DNA of 64,000 nucleotides. Source: the human T2T-CHM13v2.0 reference genome, Homo sapiens. Below the pieces are notes generated by a model. That model searched no databases. It saw only the letters and a program-made list of their open reading frames with translations, and had not been told where the DNA came from. A program made the position numbers and the translations under genes. Of this stretch, positions 25,501-38,200 are shown piece by piece (position 1 is the stretch's first letter; the number at the start of each line of letters is the position of its first letter). Location: the NCBI RefSeq assembly GCF_009914755.1, contig NC_060925.1; one strand, written 5' to 3'.

Positions 25501-28500
25501 TTCAGCTCTGTGGGTTGAACTCAATCGTCACAAAGTGTTTCCTGAGAATGCTACGGTCTATTTTTTATGGGCAGTGATTTCCTCTACTGCCATAGGCCTC
25601 AAAGCGGTCCAAATCTCCCCTTGCAGATTCTACCAAAAGTGTGTTTCCAAACGGCTCTATCAAACGGAATGTTCAACTCTGTGAGTTGAAAGCAACCATC
25701 ACAAAGTAGTTTCTGAGAATGCTTCCATCTACCTTTTATGAGTAGATATTTCCTTTTCCACAACAGGCCTTGAAGCCCTCCAAATGTCCACTTACAGATT
25801 CTAGAAAGAGAGGGTTTCAAAGCTGCTCTATCGAAAGGAAAGTATAACTCTGTGAGTTGAATGCAAACATCACAAAGAAGTCTCTGAGCACGCTTCCGTT
25901 TAGCTTTTATGGGAAGATTATCCCTTCTCCATCGAAATCTTCAAAGAGGTCCAAATATCCGCTTGCAGTTCCCACCGAAAGAGTGTTTCCAAACTGCTGT
26001 ATCAAAAGGAACCTTCAACTCCGTGAGTTGAATGCAATCATCACAAAGAAGTTTCTGACAATGCTTCTCTCTAGTTTTTAGCTGAAGATATTTCCTTTTC
26101 CACCACAGGCCTGAAAGCGCTCCAAATGTCCACACGGAGACTCTACGAAAAGAATGTTTCAAAAGTGCTCTATGAAAAGCAAGGTTAAACTCTGGGAGTT
26201 GAACACATGCCTCACAAAGAAGTTTCTGAGAAGGCATTTCTTTACTCTTTATGTGAAGATATTCCCGTTTGCAAAGAAATCTTCACAGAGTTCCACCTAT
26301 CCATGTGCAGGTTCTAGAAAAAAGAGAGTTTCGAAACTGCTCTATCCAAAAGAATGTTCAACTCTGTGAGTTGAATGCAATCATCACAGAGAAGTTTCTG
26401 AGAAGGCTTCTGTCTGGATTTTATGTGAAGATATACCCGTTTCGAACAAGGGCCACAAAGTGCTCCAAATATCCACTTGCAGATCCTACAAAAAGAGTGT
26501 TTCAAACGTGAACTAACAAAGGAAGGTTCAACTCTGGACTTTGAATGCAAACGTCACAAAGAAGTTTCTGCGAAAGCTTCTGTTCAGTTAGGTGACGTTA
26601 TCCCGTTTCCAACGAAATCCTCAGGGAGTTCCAAATATCCACTTGCAGATTTTACAAAAAGTGTGTTTCAAAACTGCTCCATCCAAAGGAATGTTCAGCT
26701 CTGTGAGTTCAACTAAATCATCACAAAGTATTTTCTGAGAATGCTTCTGTCCAGTTTTAACACGAAGCTATATCCTTTACTAGCTTAGGCCTCAAAGCGT
26801 TCCAAATCTCCACTTGCAGATACTACGAAAAGAGTGTTTCACCCTGAACTCACAAGGGAAGGTTCAACTCTGGGAGTTGAATGCCAACATCACGAAGAAG
26901 TTTCTGAGAATGCTTCTGTTTAGTTATGTGAGATTTATCCCGTTTCCAAAGAAATCCTCAGAGAAGTCCAAATACCCACTTGCACATTCCACAAAAAGTG
27001 TGTTTCCAAACTGCTCCATCCAAAGCAATGTTCAGCTCTGTGGGTTGAACTCAATCGTCACAAAGTGTTTCCTGAGAATGCTACGGTCTAGTTTTTATGG
27101 GCAGTGATTTCCTCTACTGCCATAGGCCTCAAAGCGGTCCAAATCTCCCCTTGCAGATTCTACCAACAGTGTGTTTCCAAACGGCTCTATCAAACGGAAT
27201 GTTCAACTCTTTGAGTTGAAAGCAACCATCACAAATTTGTTTCTGAGAATGCTTCCATCTACCTTTTATGAGTAGATATTTCCTTTTCCACCACAGGCCT
27301 CGAAGCCCTCCAAATGTCCACTTACAGATTCTAGAAAGAGAGGGTTTCAAAGCTGCTCTATCGAAAGGAAAGTATAACTCTGTGAGTTGAATGGAAACAT
27401 CACAAAGAAGTCTCTGAGCATGCTTCCGTTTAGCTTTTATGGGAAGATTATCCCTTTTCCATCGAAATCTTCAAAGAGGTCCAAATATCCGCTTGCAGAT
27501 CCCACTGAAAGAGTGTTTCCAAACTGCTGTATCAAAAGGAACCTTCAACTCCGTGAGTTCAATGCAATCATCACAAAGAAGTTTCTGACAATGCTTCTCT
27601 CTAGTTTTTAGCTGAAGATATTTCCTTTTCCACCACAGGCCTGAAAGCGCTCCAAATGTCCACTTGGAGACTCTACGAAAAGAATGTTTCAAAACTGCTC
27701 TATGAAAAGCAAGGTTAAACTCTGGGAGTTGAACACATGCCTCACAAAGAAGTTTCTGAGAAGGCATCTCTTTTCTCTTTATGTGAAGATATTCCCGTTT
27801 GCAAAGAAATCTTCACAGAGTTCCACCTATCCATGTGCAGGTTCTAGAAAAAAGAGAGTTTCGAAACTGCTCTATCCAAAGGAATGTTCAACTCTGTGAG
27901 TTGAATGCAATCATCACAGAGAAGTTTCTGAGAAGGCTTCTGTCTGGATTTTATGTGAAGATATACCCGTTTCGAATGAGGGCCACAAAGTGCTCCAAAT
28001 ATCCACTTGCAGATCCTACAAAAAGAGTGTTTCAAACGTGAACTATCAAAGGAAGGTTCAACTCTGGACTTTGAACGCAAACGTCACAAAGAAGTTTCTG
28101 CGAAAGCTTCTGTTCAGTTAGGTGACGTTATCCCGTTTCCAACGAAATCCTCAGGGAGTTCCAAATATCCACTTGCAGATTCTACAAAAAGTGTGTTTCA
28201 AAACTGCTCCATCCAAAGGAATGTTCAGCTCTGTGAGTTCAACTAAATCATCACAAATTTTTTTCTGAGAATGCTTCTGTCCAGTTTTTACACGAAGCTA
28301 TATCCTTTACTAGCTTAGGCCTCAAAGTGTTCCAAATCTCCCCTTGCAGATACTACGAAAAGAGTGTTTCACCCTGAACTCACAAGGGAAGTTTCAACTC
28401 TGGGAGTTGAATGCCAACATCACGAAGAAGTTTCTGAGAATGCTTCTGTTTAGTTATGTGAGGTTTATCCCGTTTCCAACGAAATCCTCAGAGAAGTCCA

Positions 28501-31500
28501 AATACCCACTTGCAGATTCCACAAAAAGTGTGTTTCCAAACTGCTCCATCCAAAGCAATGTTCAGCTCTGTGGGTTGAACTCAATCGTCACAAAGTGTTT
28601 CCTGAGAATGCTACGGTCTAGTTTTTATGGGCAGTGATTTCCTCTACTGCCATAGGCCTCAAAGCGGTCCAAATCTCCCCTTGCAGATTCTACCAAAAGT
28701 GTGTTTCCAAACGGCTCTATCAAACGGAATGTTCAACTCTTTGAGTTGAAAGCAACCATCACAAAGTAGTTTCTGAGAATGCTTCCATCTACCTTTTATG
28801 AGTAGATATTTCCTTTTCCACCGCAGGCCTTGAAGCCCTCCAAATGTCCCCTTACAGATTCTAGAAAGAGAGGGTTTCAAAGCTGCTCTATCGAAAGGAA
28901 AGTATAACTCTGTGAGTTGAATGCAAACATCACAAAGAAGTCTCTGAGCATGCTTCCGTTTAGCTTTTATGGGAAGATTATCCCTTTTCCATCGAAATCT
29001 TCAAAGAGGTCCAAATATCCGCTTGCAGTTCCCACCGAAAGAGTGTTTCCATACTGCTGTATCAAAAGGAACCTACAACTCTGTGAGTTGAATGCAATCA
29101 TCACAAAGAAGTTTCTGACAATGCTTCTCTCTAGTTTTTAGCTGAAGATATTTCCTTTTCCACCACAGGCCTGAAAGCGCTCCAAATGTCCACACGGAGA
29201 CTCTACGAAAAGAATGTTTCAAAACTGCTCTATTGAAAGCAAGGTTAAACTCTGGGAGTTGAACACATGCCTCACAAAGAAGTTTCTGAGAAGGCATCTC
29301 TTTACTCTTTATGTGAAGATATTCCCGTTTGCAAAGAAATCTTCACAGAGTTCCACCTATCCATGTGCAGGTTCTAGAAAAAAGAGAGTTTCAAAACTGC
29401 TCTATCCAAAGGAATGTTCAACTCTGTGAGTTGAATGCAATCATCACAGAGAAGTTTCTGAGAAGGCTTCTGTCTGGATTTTATGTGAAGATATACCCGT
29501 TTCGAACGAGGGCCACAAAGTGCTCCAAATATCCACTTGCAGATCCTACAAAAAGAGTGTTTCAAACGTGAACTATCAAAGGAAGGTTCAACTCTGGACT
29601 TTGAATGCAAACGTCACAAAGAAGTTTCTGCGAAAGCTTCTGTTCAGTTAGGTGACGTTATCCCGTTTCCAATGAAATCCTCAGGGAGTTCCAAATATCC
29701 ACTTGCAGATTCTACAAAAAGTGTGTTTCAAAACTGCTCCATCCAAAGGAATGTTCAGCTCTGTGACTTCAACTAAATCATCACAAAGTATTTTCTGAGA
29801 ATGCTTCTGTCCAGTTTTAACACGAAGTTATATCCTTTACTAGCTTAGGCCTCAAAGCATTCCAAATCTCGACTTGCAGATACTACGAAAAGAGTGTTTC
29901 ACCCTCAACTCACAAGGGAAGTTTCAACTCTGGGAGTTGAATGCCAACATCACGAAGAAGTTTCTGAGAATGCTTCTGTTTAGTTATGTGAGGTTTATCC
30001 CGTTTCCAACGAAATCCTCAGAGAAGTCCAAATACCCACTTGCAGATTCCACAAAAAGTGTGTTTCCAAACTGCTCCATCCAAAGCAATGTTCAGCTCTG
30101 TGGGTTGAACTCAATCGTCACAAAGTGTTTCCTGAGAATGCTACGGTCTAGTTCTTATGGGCAGTGATTTCCTCTACTGCCATAGGCCTCAAAGCGGTCC
30201 AAATCTCCCCTTGCAGATTCTACCAAAAGTGTGTTTCCAAACGGCTCTATCAAAGGGAATGTTCAACTCTGTGAGTTGAAAGCAACCATTACATAGTAGT
30301 TTCTGAGAATGCTTCCATCTACCTTTTATGAGTAGATATTTCCTTTTCCACCACAGGCCTCGAAGCCCTCCAAATGTCCACTTACAGATTCTAGAAAGAG
30401 AGGGTTTCAAAGCTGTTCTATCGAAAGGAAAGTATAACTCTGTGAGTTGAATGCAAACATCACAAAGAAGTCTCTGAGCATGCTTCCGTTTAGCTTTTAT
30501 GGGAAGATTATCCCTTTTCCATCGAAATCTTCAAAGAGGTCCAAATATCCGCTTGCAGTTCCCACCGAAAGAGTGTTTCCAAACTGCTGTATCAAAAGGA
30601 ACCTACAACTCTGTGAGTTGAATGCAATCATGACAAAGAAGTTTCTGACAATGCTTCTCTCTAGTTTTTAGCTGAAGATATTTCCTTTTCCACCACAGGC
30701 CTGAAAGCGCTCCAAATGTCCACACGGAGACTCTACGAAAAGAATGTTTCAAAAGTGCTCTATGAAAAGCAAGGTTAAACTCTGGGAGTTGAACACATGC
30801 CTCACAAAGAAGTTTCTGAGAAGGCATCTCTTTACTCTTTATGTGAAGATATTCCCGTTTGCAAAGAAATCTTCACAGAGTTCCACCTATCCATGTGCAG
30901 GTTCTAGAAAAAAGAGAGTTTCGAAACTGCTCTATCCAAAGGAATGTTCAACTCTGTGAGTTGAATGCAATCATCACAGAGAAGTTTCTGAGAAGGCTTC
31001 TGTCTGGATTTTATGTGATGATATACCCGTTTCGAACGAGGGCCACACAGTGCTCCAAATATCCACTTGCAGATCCTACAAAAAGAGTGTTTCAAACGTG
31101 AACTATCAAAGGAAGGTTCAACTCTGGACTTTGAATGCAAACGTCACAAAGAAGTTTCTGCGAAAGCTTCTGTTCAGTTAGGTGACGTTATCCCGTTTCC
31201 AATGAAATCCTCAGGGAGTTCCAAATATCCACTTGCAGATTCTACAAAAAGTGTGTTTCAAAACTGCTCCATCCAAAGGAATGTTCAGCTCTGTGAGTTC
31301 AACTAAATCATCACAAAGTATTTTCTGAGAATGCTTCTGTCCAGTTTTAACACGAAGCTATATCCTTTACTAGCTTAGGCCTCAAAGCGTTCCAAATCTC
31401 CACTTGCAGATACTACGAAAAGAGTGTTTCACCCTGCACTCACAAGGGAAGGTTCAACTCTGTGAGTCGAATGCCAACATCACGAAGAAGTTTCTGAGAA

Positions 31501-34500
31501 TGCTTCTGTTTAGTTATGTGAGGTTTATCCCGTTTCCAACGAAATCCTCAGAGAAGTCCAAATACCCACTTGCAGATTCCACAAAAAGTGTGTTTCCAAA
31601 CTGCTCCATCCAAAGCAATGTTCAGCTCTGTGGGTTGAACTCAATCGTCACAAAGTGTTTCCTGAGAATGCTACGGTCTATTTTTTATGGGCAGTGATTT
31701 CCTCTACTGCCATAGGCCTCAAAGCGGTCCAAATCTCCCCTTGCAGATTCTACCAAAAGTGTGTTTCCAAACGGCTCTATCAAAGGGAATGTTCAACTCT
31801 GTGAGTTGAAAGCAACCATTACATAGTAGTTTCTGAGAATGCTTCCATCTACCTTTTATGAGTAGATATTTCCTTTTCCACCACAGGCCTCGAAGCCCTC
31901 CAAATGTCCACTTACAGATTCTAGAAAGAGAGGGTTTCAAAGCTGCTCTATCGAAAGGAAAGTATAACTCTGTGAGTTGAATGCAAACATCACAAAGAAG
32001 TCTCTGAGCATGCTTCCGTTTAGCTTTTATGGGAAGATTATCCCTTTTCCATCGAAATCTTCAAAGAGGTCCAAATATCCGCTTGCAGATCCAACTGAAA
32101 GAGTGTTTCCAAACTGCTGTATCAAAAGGAACCTTCAACACCGTGAGTTGAATGCAATCATCACAAAGAAGTTTCTGACAATGCTTCTCTCTAGTTTTTA
32201 GCTGAAGATATTTCCTTTTCCACCACAGGCCTGAAAGCGCTCCAAATGTCCACTTGGAGACTCTACGAAAAGAATGTTTCAAAACTGCTCTATGAAAAGC
32301 AAGGTTAAACTCTGGGAGTTGAACACATGCCTCACAAAGAAGTTTCTGAGAAGGCATCTCTTTACTCTTTATGTGAAGATATTCCCGTTTGCAAAGAAAT
32401 CTTCACAGAGTTCCACCTATCCATGTGCAGGTTCTAGAAAAAAGAGAGTTTCGAAACTGCTCTATCCAAAGGAATGTTCAACTCTGTGAGTTGAATGCAA
32501 TCATCACAGAGAAGTTTCTGAGAAGGCTTCTGTCTGGATTTTATGTGAAGATATACCCGTTTCGAACGAGGGCCACAAAGTGCTCCAAATATCCACTTGC
32601 AGATCCTACAAAAAGAGTGTTTCAAACGTGAAGTATCAAAGGAAGCTTCAACTCTGGACTTTGAATGCGAACTTCACAAAGAAGATTCTGCGAATGCTTC
32701 TGTTCAGTTAGGTGACGATATCCCGTTTCCAACGAAATCCTCAGGGAGTTCCAAATATCCACTTGCAGATTCTACAAAAAGTGTGTTTCAAAACTGCTCC
32801 ATCCAAAGGAATGTTCAGCTCTGTGAGTTCAACTAAATCATCACAAAGTATTTTCTGAGAATGCTTCTGTCCAGTTTTATCACGAAGCTATTTCCTTTAC
32901 TATCGTAGGCCTCAAAGCGTTCCAAATCTCCACTTGCAGATACTACGAAAAGAGTGTTTCAACCTGAACTAACAAGGGAAGGTTCAACTCTGTGAGTTGA
33001 ATGCCAACATCACGAATAAGTTTCTGAGAATTCTTCTGTTTAGTTATGTGAGGTATATCCCGTTTCCAATGAAATCCTCAGAGAAGTCCAAGTACCCACT
33101 TGCAGATTCCACAAAAAGTGTGTTTCGAAACTGCTCCATCCAAAGCAATGTTCAGCTCTGTGGGTTGAACTCAATCGTCACAAAGTGTTTCCTGAGAATG
33201 CTACGGTCTAGTTTTTATGGGCAGTGATTTCCTCTACTGCCATAGGCCTCAAAGCGGTCCAAATCTCCCCTTGCAGATCCTACCAAAAGTGTGTTTCCAA
33301 ACGGCTCTATCAAAGGGAATGTTCAACTCTGTGAGTTGAAAGCAACCATCACAAAGTAGTTTCTGAGAATGCTTCCATCTACCTTTTATGAGTAGATATT
33401 TCCTTTTCCACCACAGGCCTCGAAGCCCTCCAAATGTCCACTTACAGATTCTAGAAAGAGAGGGTTTCAAAGCTGCTCTATCGAAAGGAAAGTATAACTC
33501 TGTGAGTTGAATGCAAACATCACAAAGAAGTCTCTGAGCATGCTTCCGTTTAGCTTTTATGGGAAGATTATCCCTTTTCCATCGAAATCTTCAAAGAGGT
33601 CCAAATATCCGCTTGCAGATCCCACTGAAAGAGTGTTTCCAAACTGCTGTGTCAAAAGGAACCTTCAACTCCGTGAGTTGAATGCAATCATCACAAAGAA
33701 GTTTCTGACAATGCTTCTCTCTAGTTTTTAGCTGAAGATATTTCCTTTTCCACCACAGGCCTGAAAGCGCTCCAAATGTCCACTTGGAGACTCTACGAAA
33801 AGAATGTTTCAAAACTGCTCTATGAAAAGCAAGGTTACACTCTGGGAGTTGAACACATGCCTCACAAAGAAGTTTCTGAGACGGCGTCTCTTTACTCTTT
33901 ATGTGAAGATATTCCCGTTTGCAAATAAATCTTCACAGAGTTCCACCTATCCATAAGCAGGTTCTAGAAAAAAGAGAATTTCGAAACTGCTCTATCCAAA
34001 GGAATGTTCAACTCTGTGAGTTGAATGCAATCATCACAGAGAAGTTTCTGAGAAGGCTTCTGTCTGGATTTTATGTGAAGATATACCCGTTTCGAACGAG
34101 GGCCACAAATTGCTCCAAATATCCACTTGCAGATCCTACAAAAAGAGTGTTTCAAACGTGAACTATCAAAGGAAGTTTCAACTCTGGACTTTGAATGCAA
34201 ACGTCAGAAAGAAGTTTCTGCGAAAGCTTCTGTTCAGTTAGGTGACGTTATCCCTTTTCCAACGAAATCCTCAGGGAGGTCCAACTATCCACTTGCAGAT
34301 TCTACAAAAAGTGTGTTTCAAAACTGCTCCATCCAAAGGAATGTTCAGCTCTGTGGGTTCAACTCAATCATCACAAAGTATTTTCTGAGAATGCTTCTGT
34401 CCAGTTTTTACACGAAGCTATTTCCTTTACTACCTTAGGCCTCAAAGCGTTCCAAATCTCCACTTGCAGATACTACGAAAAGAGTGTTTCAACCTGAACT

Positions 34501-35247
34501 CACAAGGGAAGGTTCAACTCTGTGAGTTGAATGTCAACATTACGAAGAAATTTCTGAGAATGCTTCTGTTTAGTTATGTGAAGTTTATCCCTTTCCAACG
34601 AAATCCTCAGAGAAGCCCAAATACCCACTTGCAGATTCCACAAAAAGTGTGTTTCGAAACTGCTCCATCCAAAGCAATGTTCAGCTCTGTGGGTTGAACT
34701 CAATCGTCACAAAGTGTTTTCTGAGAATGCTACTGTCTAGTTTTTATGTGCAGTGATTTCCTCTACTGCCTTAGGCCTCAAAGCGGTCCAAATCTCCCCT
34801 TGCTGATTCTACCAAAAGTTGGTTTCCAAACGGCTCTTTCAAACGGAATGTTCAACTCTGTGACTTGAAAGCGGTCATCACAAAGTAGTTTCTGAGAATG
34901 CTTCCATCTAGCTTTTATGAGTAGATATTTCCTTTTCCACCACAGGCCTCGAAGCCCTCCAAATGTCGACTTGCAGATTCTAGAAAGAGAGGTTTTCAAA
35001 GCTGCTCTATCGAAAGGAAAGTACAACTCTGTGAGTTGAATGCAAACATCACAAAGAAGTCTCTGAGCATGCTTCCGTTTAGCTTTTATGGTAAGATTAT
35101 ACCTTTTCCATCGAAATCTTCACAGAGGGCCAAATATCCGCTTGCAGATCCCACTGAAAGAGTGTTTCCAAACTTCTGTATCAAAAGGAATCTTGAACTC
35201 CGTGAGTTGAATGCAATCATCACAAAGAAGTTTCTGACAATGCTTCT

Positions 35248-38200
35248 GTCTTGTTTTTGTGTGAAGATATTTCATTTTCCAACATAGGCTTCAAATCGCT
35301 CCAAATATCTGGTTGCAGTTTCTTCAAAAATACTGTTTCAAAACTGCTAACTCAAAAGGAAGGTTTATTTCCGTGAGTTAAATGCATAGATCACAAAGTG
35401 TTTTCTGAGGACCCCTCTGCCTAGTTTTATGTGAAGATGTTTCCTTTTCCACCATAGGCCTTAAAGCGCCACAAGTGAACACTTGCTGATACTAGGAAAA
35501 GAGTGTTTCAAAACTGCTCTTTCTAAAGAAGTGTTCAACTCTCTGAGTTGAATTCACACATCACAAAGGAGTTTCTGAGAATGCTTCTGTCTAGGTTTTA
35601 TTTGAAGATATCTCGTTTCCAAAGAGATCCTCCTAGATCCCCAAATATCCACAAGCAGATCCTTCAAAAGTAGTGTTTCAGTACTTCTCTATCAAAAGAA
35701 ATGTTCAACTCTGTGAGGTGAATGCCCACATCACAAAGCAGTTTCTGAGAATGCTTCTGTCAAGCTTTTATGTGAAGATATTTCCTTTTCCACCATACCC
35801 CTGAAATCGCTCCAAATATCCACTTAGAGATCCTACAAGGAGACTCTTTCAAAACACCTTTCCCAACAGGAAGGTTCAGCTATGTGAGTTGAATTCACAC
35901 ATCACAAGGAAGTTCCTGAGAATTCTTCTGTCTAGTTTTTCTGTGAAGAGATTTCCTTTTCCAACATAGGCTTCAAAATACTCCAAATATCCACTTGCAG
36001 ATTCTACAAAAAGACAGTTTCAAAAACTGCTCTCTCAAAAGGATGGTTCAACTCTGTGGGTTGAATGCATACATCACAAAGACGTTTCTGAGAATGCTCC
36101 TGCCTAGTTTTTATGTGAAGATGTTTCCTTTTGCACCATAGGCCTCAAGGCACTCCGAATGAACACTTGCAGATATTAGAAAAAGAGTGTTTCAACACTG
36201 TTCTTTCTAAAGAAGTTTTCAACTCACTGAGTTGAATACACACATCACAAAGCAGTTTCTGAGAATGCTTCTCTTGAGTTTTGATTATAAGATATCTCAT
36301 TTCCAAGGAAATCCTCAAATTGCTCCATATATCCACAAGCAGATTCTACAAAAATAGTGTTTCAGTACTGCTCTATGAAAAGATATATTCAACTCTGGGA
36401 GTTGAATGCACACATCTCAAACAAGGTCCTGAGAATGCTTCTGTCTTGTTTTTCTGTGAAGATATTTCCTTTTCCAACATAGGCTTCAAATCGCTCCAAA
36501 TATCCACTTGCACTTTCTTCAAAAAGACTGTTTCAAAACTGCTATCTCAAAAGGAAGGTTAAATTCCGTAAGTTGAATGCATAGATCACAAAGTGGTTCT
36601 GAGAATGCCTCTGCCTAGTTTTTATGTGAAGATGTTTCCTTTTCCACCGTAGGCCTCAAAGCACTGTAAGTGAACACTTGGAGATACTAAGAAAAGAGTG
36701 TTTCAAAACTGCTCTTTCTAAAGAATTGTTCAACTCTCTGAGTTGAATTCACACATCAATAAGCAGTTTCTAAGAATGCTTCTGTCTAGTTTTTATTTGA
36801 AGTTATCTCGTTTCCAACGAAATCCTCCAAGAGCTAAAAATATACACAAGCAGATCCTTCAAAAGTAGTGTTTCAGTACTGCCCTATCAAAAGAAATGTT
36901 CAACTCTGTCAGTTGAATGGACACATCACAAACAAGGTCCTGAGAATGCTTCTGTCTAGTTTTTCTGTGAAGATATTTCCTTTGCCAACATAGGCTTCAA
37001 ATAGCTCCAAATATCCACTTGCAGATTCTATAAAAAGACTGTTTCAAATCTGCTCTCTCCAAAGAAAGGTTCAACTTCGTGTGTTGAATGCATGCATCAC
37101 AAAGAAGTCTCTGAGAATACTTCTGACTAGTTTTTATGTGAAGATGTTTCGTTTTCCACCATAGGCCTCAAAGCGCACTAAATGAACACTTTCAGATACT
37201 AGAAAAGCAGTGTTTCAAAACTGCTCTTTCTAAAATAGTTTTCAACTCTCTGAGTTGTATTCACACATCACAAAGCAGTTTCAGAGAATGCTTCTGTCTA
37301 GTTTTTATTTGAAGATACCTCGTTCCCAACGAAATCCTCAAACAGCCCCAAATATCCACAAGCAGATCTTTCAAAAGTAGTGTTTCAGTACTCGTCTATC
37401 AAAAGAAATATGCAACTCTGTGAGGGGAATACACACATCACAAAGCAGTTTCTGAGAATGCTTCTGTCAAGCTTTTATGTGAACATATTTCCTTTTCCAC
37501 CATACGCCTGAAATCGCACCAAATATCCACTTGCAGATCCTACAAGTAGACTGTTTCAAAACACCTCTCTTAACAGGAAGGTTCAGCTCTGTGAGGTGAA
37601 TGCACACATCACAAACAAGTTCCTGAGATTGCTTCTGTCTAGTTTTTCTGTGAAGAGATTTCTTTTTCCAACATAGGCTGCAATTCTCTCCATATATCCA
37701 CTTGCAGATTCTACAAAAAGACTCTTTCAAAGCTGATCTCTCAAGTGGAAGGTTCAACTTTGTGAGTTGAATGCATACATCACAAAGAAGTTTCTGAGAA
37801 TGCTTCTGCCTAGTTTTTATGTGAAGATGTTTCCTTTTCCAGCATAGGCCTCAAAGTGCCAAAAATGAACTCTTGCAGATTTTAAAAAGAGTGTTTCAAA
37901 ACTGCTCTTTTTAAAGATGTGCTCACCCTTCTGAGTTGAATTCACACATCACAATGCAGTTTCTGAGAATGCTTCTCTGTAGTTTTTAATTGAAGGTGTC
38001 TCATTTCCAACGAAATCCTCAAACAGCCCCAAATATCCACAAGCAGATCTTTCAAAAGTAGTGTTTCAGTACTGCTCTATGAAAAGAAATGTTCAACTCT
38101 GTGAGTTGAATTAACACATCACAAAGCAGTTTCTGAGAATGCTTCTGTCAAGCTTTTATGTGAAGATATTTCCTTTTCCACAATACTCCTGAAATCGCTC

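Larger units (their letters stand above)
1..35247 (-). repeat. Alpha-satellite HOR array, 9-mer (~1,530 bp), 23 copies, SF3 (W-monomer)-like
   Basis: Monomers are ~171 bp. The landmark AAAGGAA(C/T)CTT recurs from position 1 to 35184, giving 23 periods of ~1529.7 bp, and the ORF track repeats every 1529-1531 bp. CENP-B boxes read TTTCGTTGGAAACGGGA on the - strand. Motifs such as GATATACCCGTTTCGAACGA, GTTTCAAACGTGAAC and two ~167-bp short monomers resemble SF3 W monomers (from recall). The array continues past the left window edge. Confidence 0.96.

Noticed and set aside
1-35247. CRISPR-like or repeat-spacer array
   Set aside because: The whole unit repeats, with no unique spacers and no cas genes. 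It is a tandem satellite.
1-35247. Firm assignment to species, chromosome or the active kinetochore array
   Set aside because: The resemblance to human chr1 SF3 arrays is from memory only, and CENP-A occupancy cannot be read from sequence.
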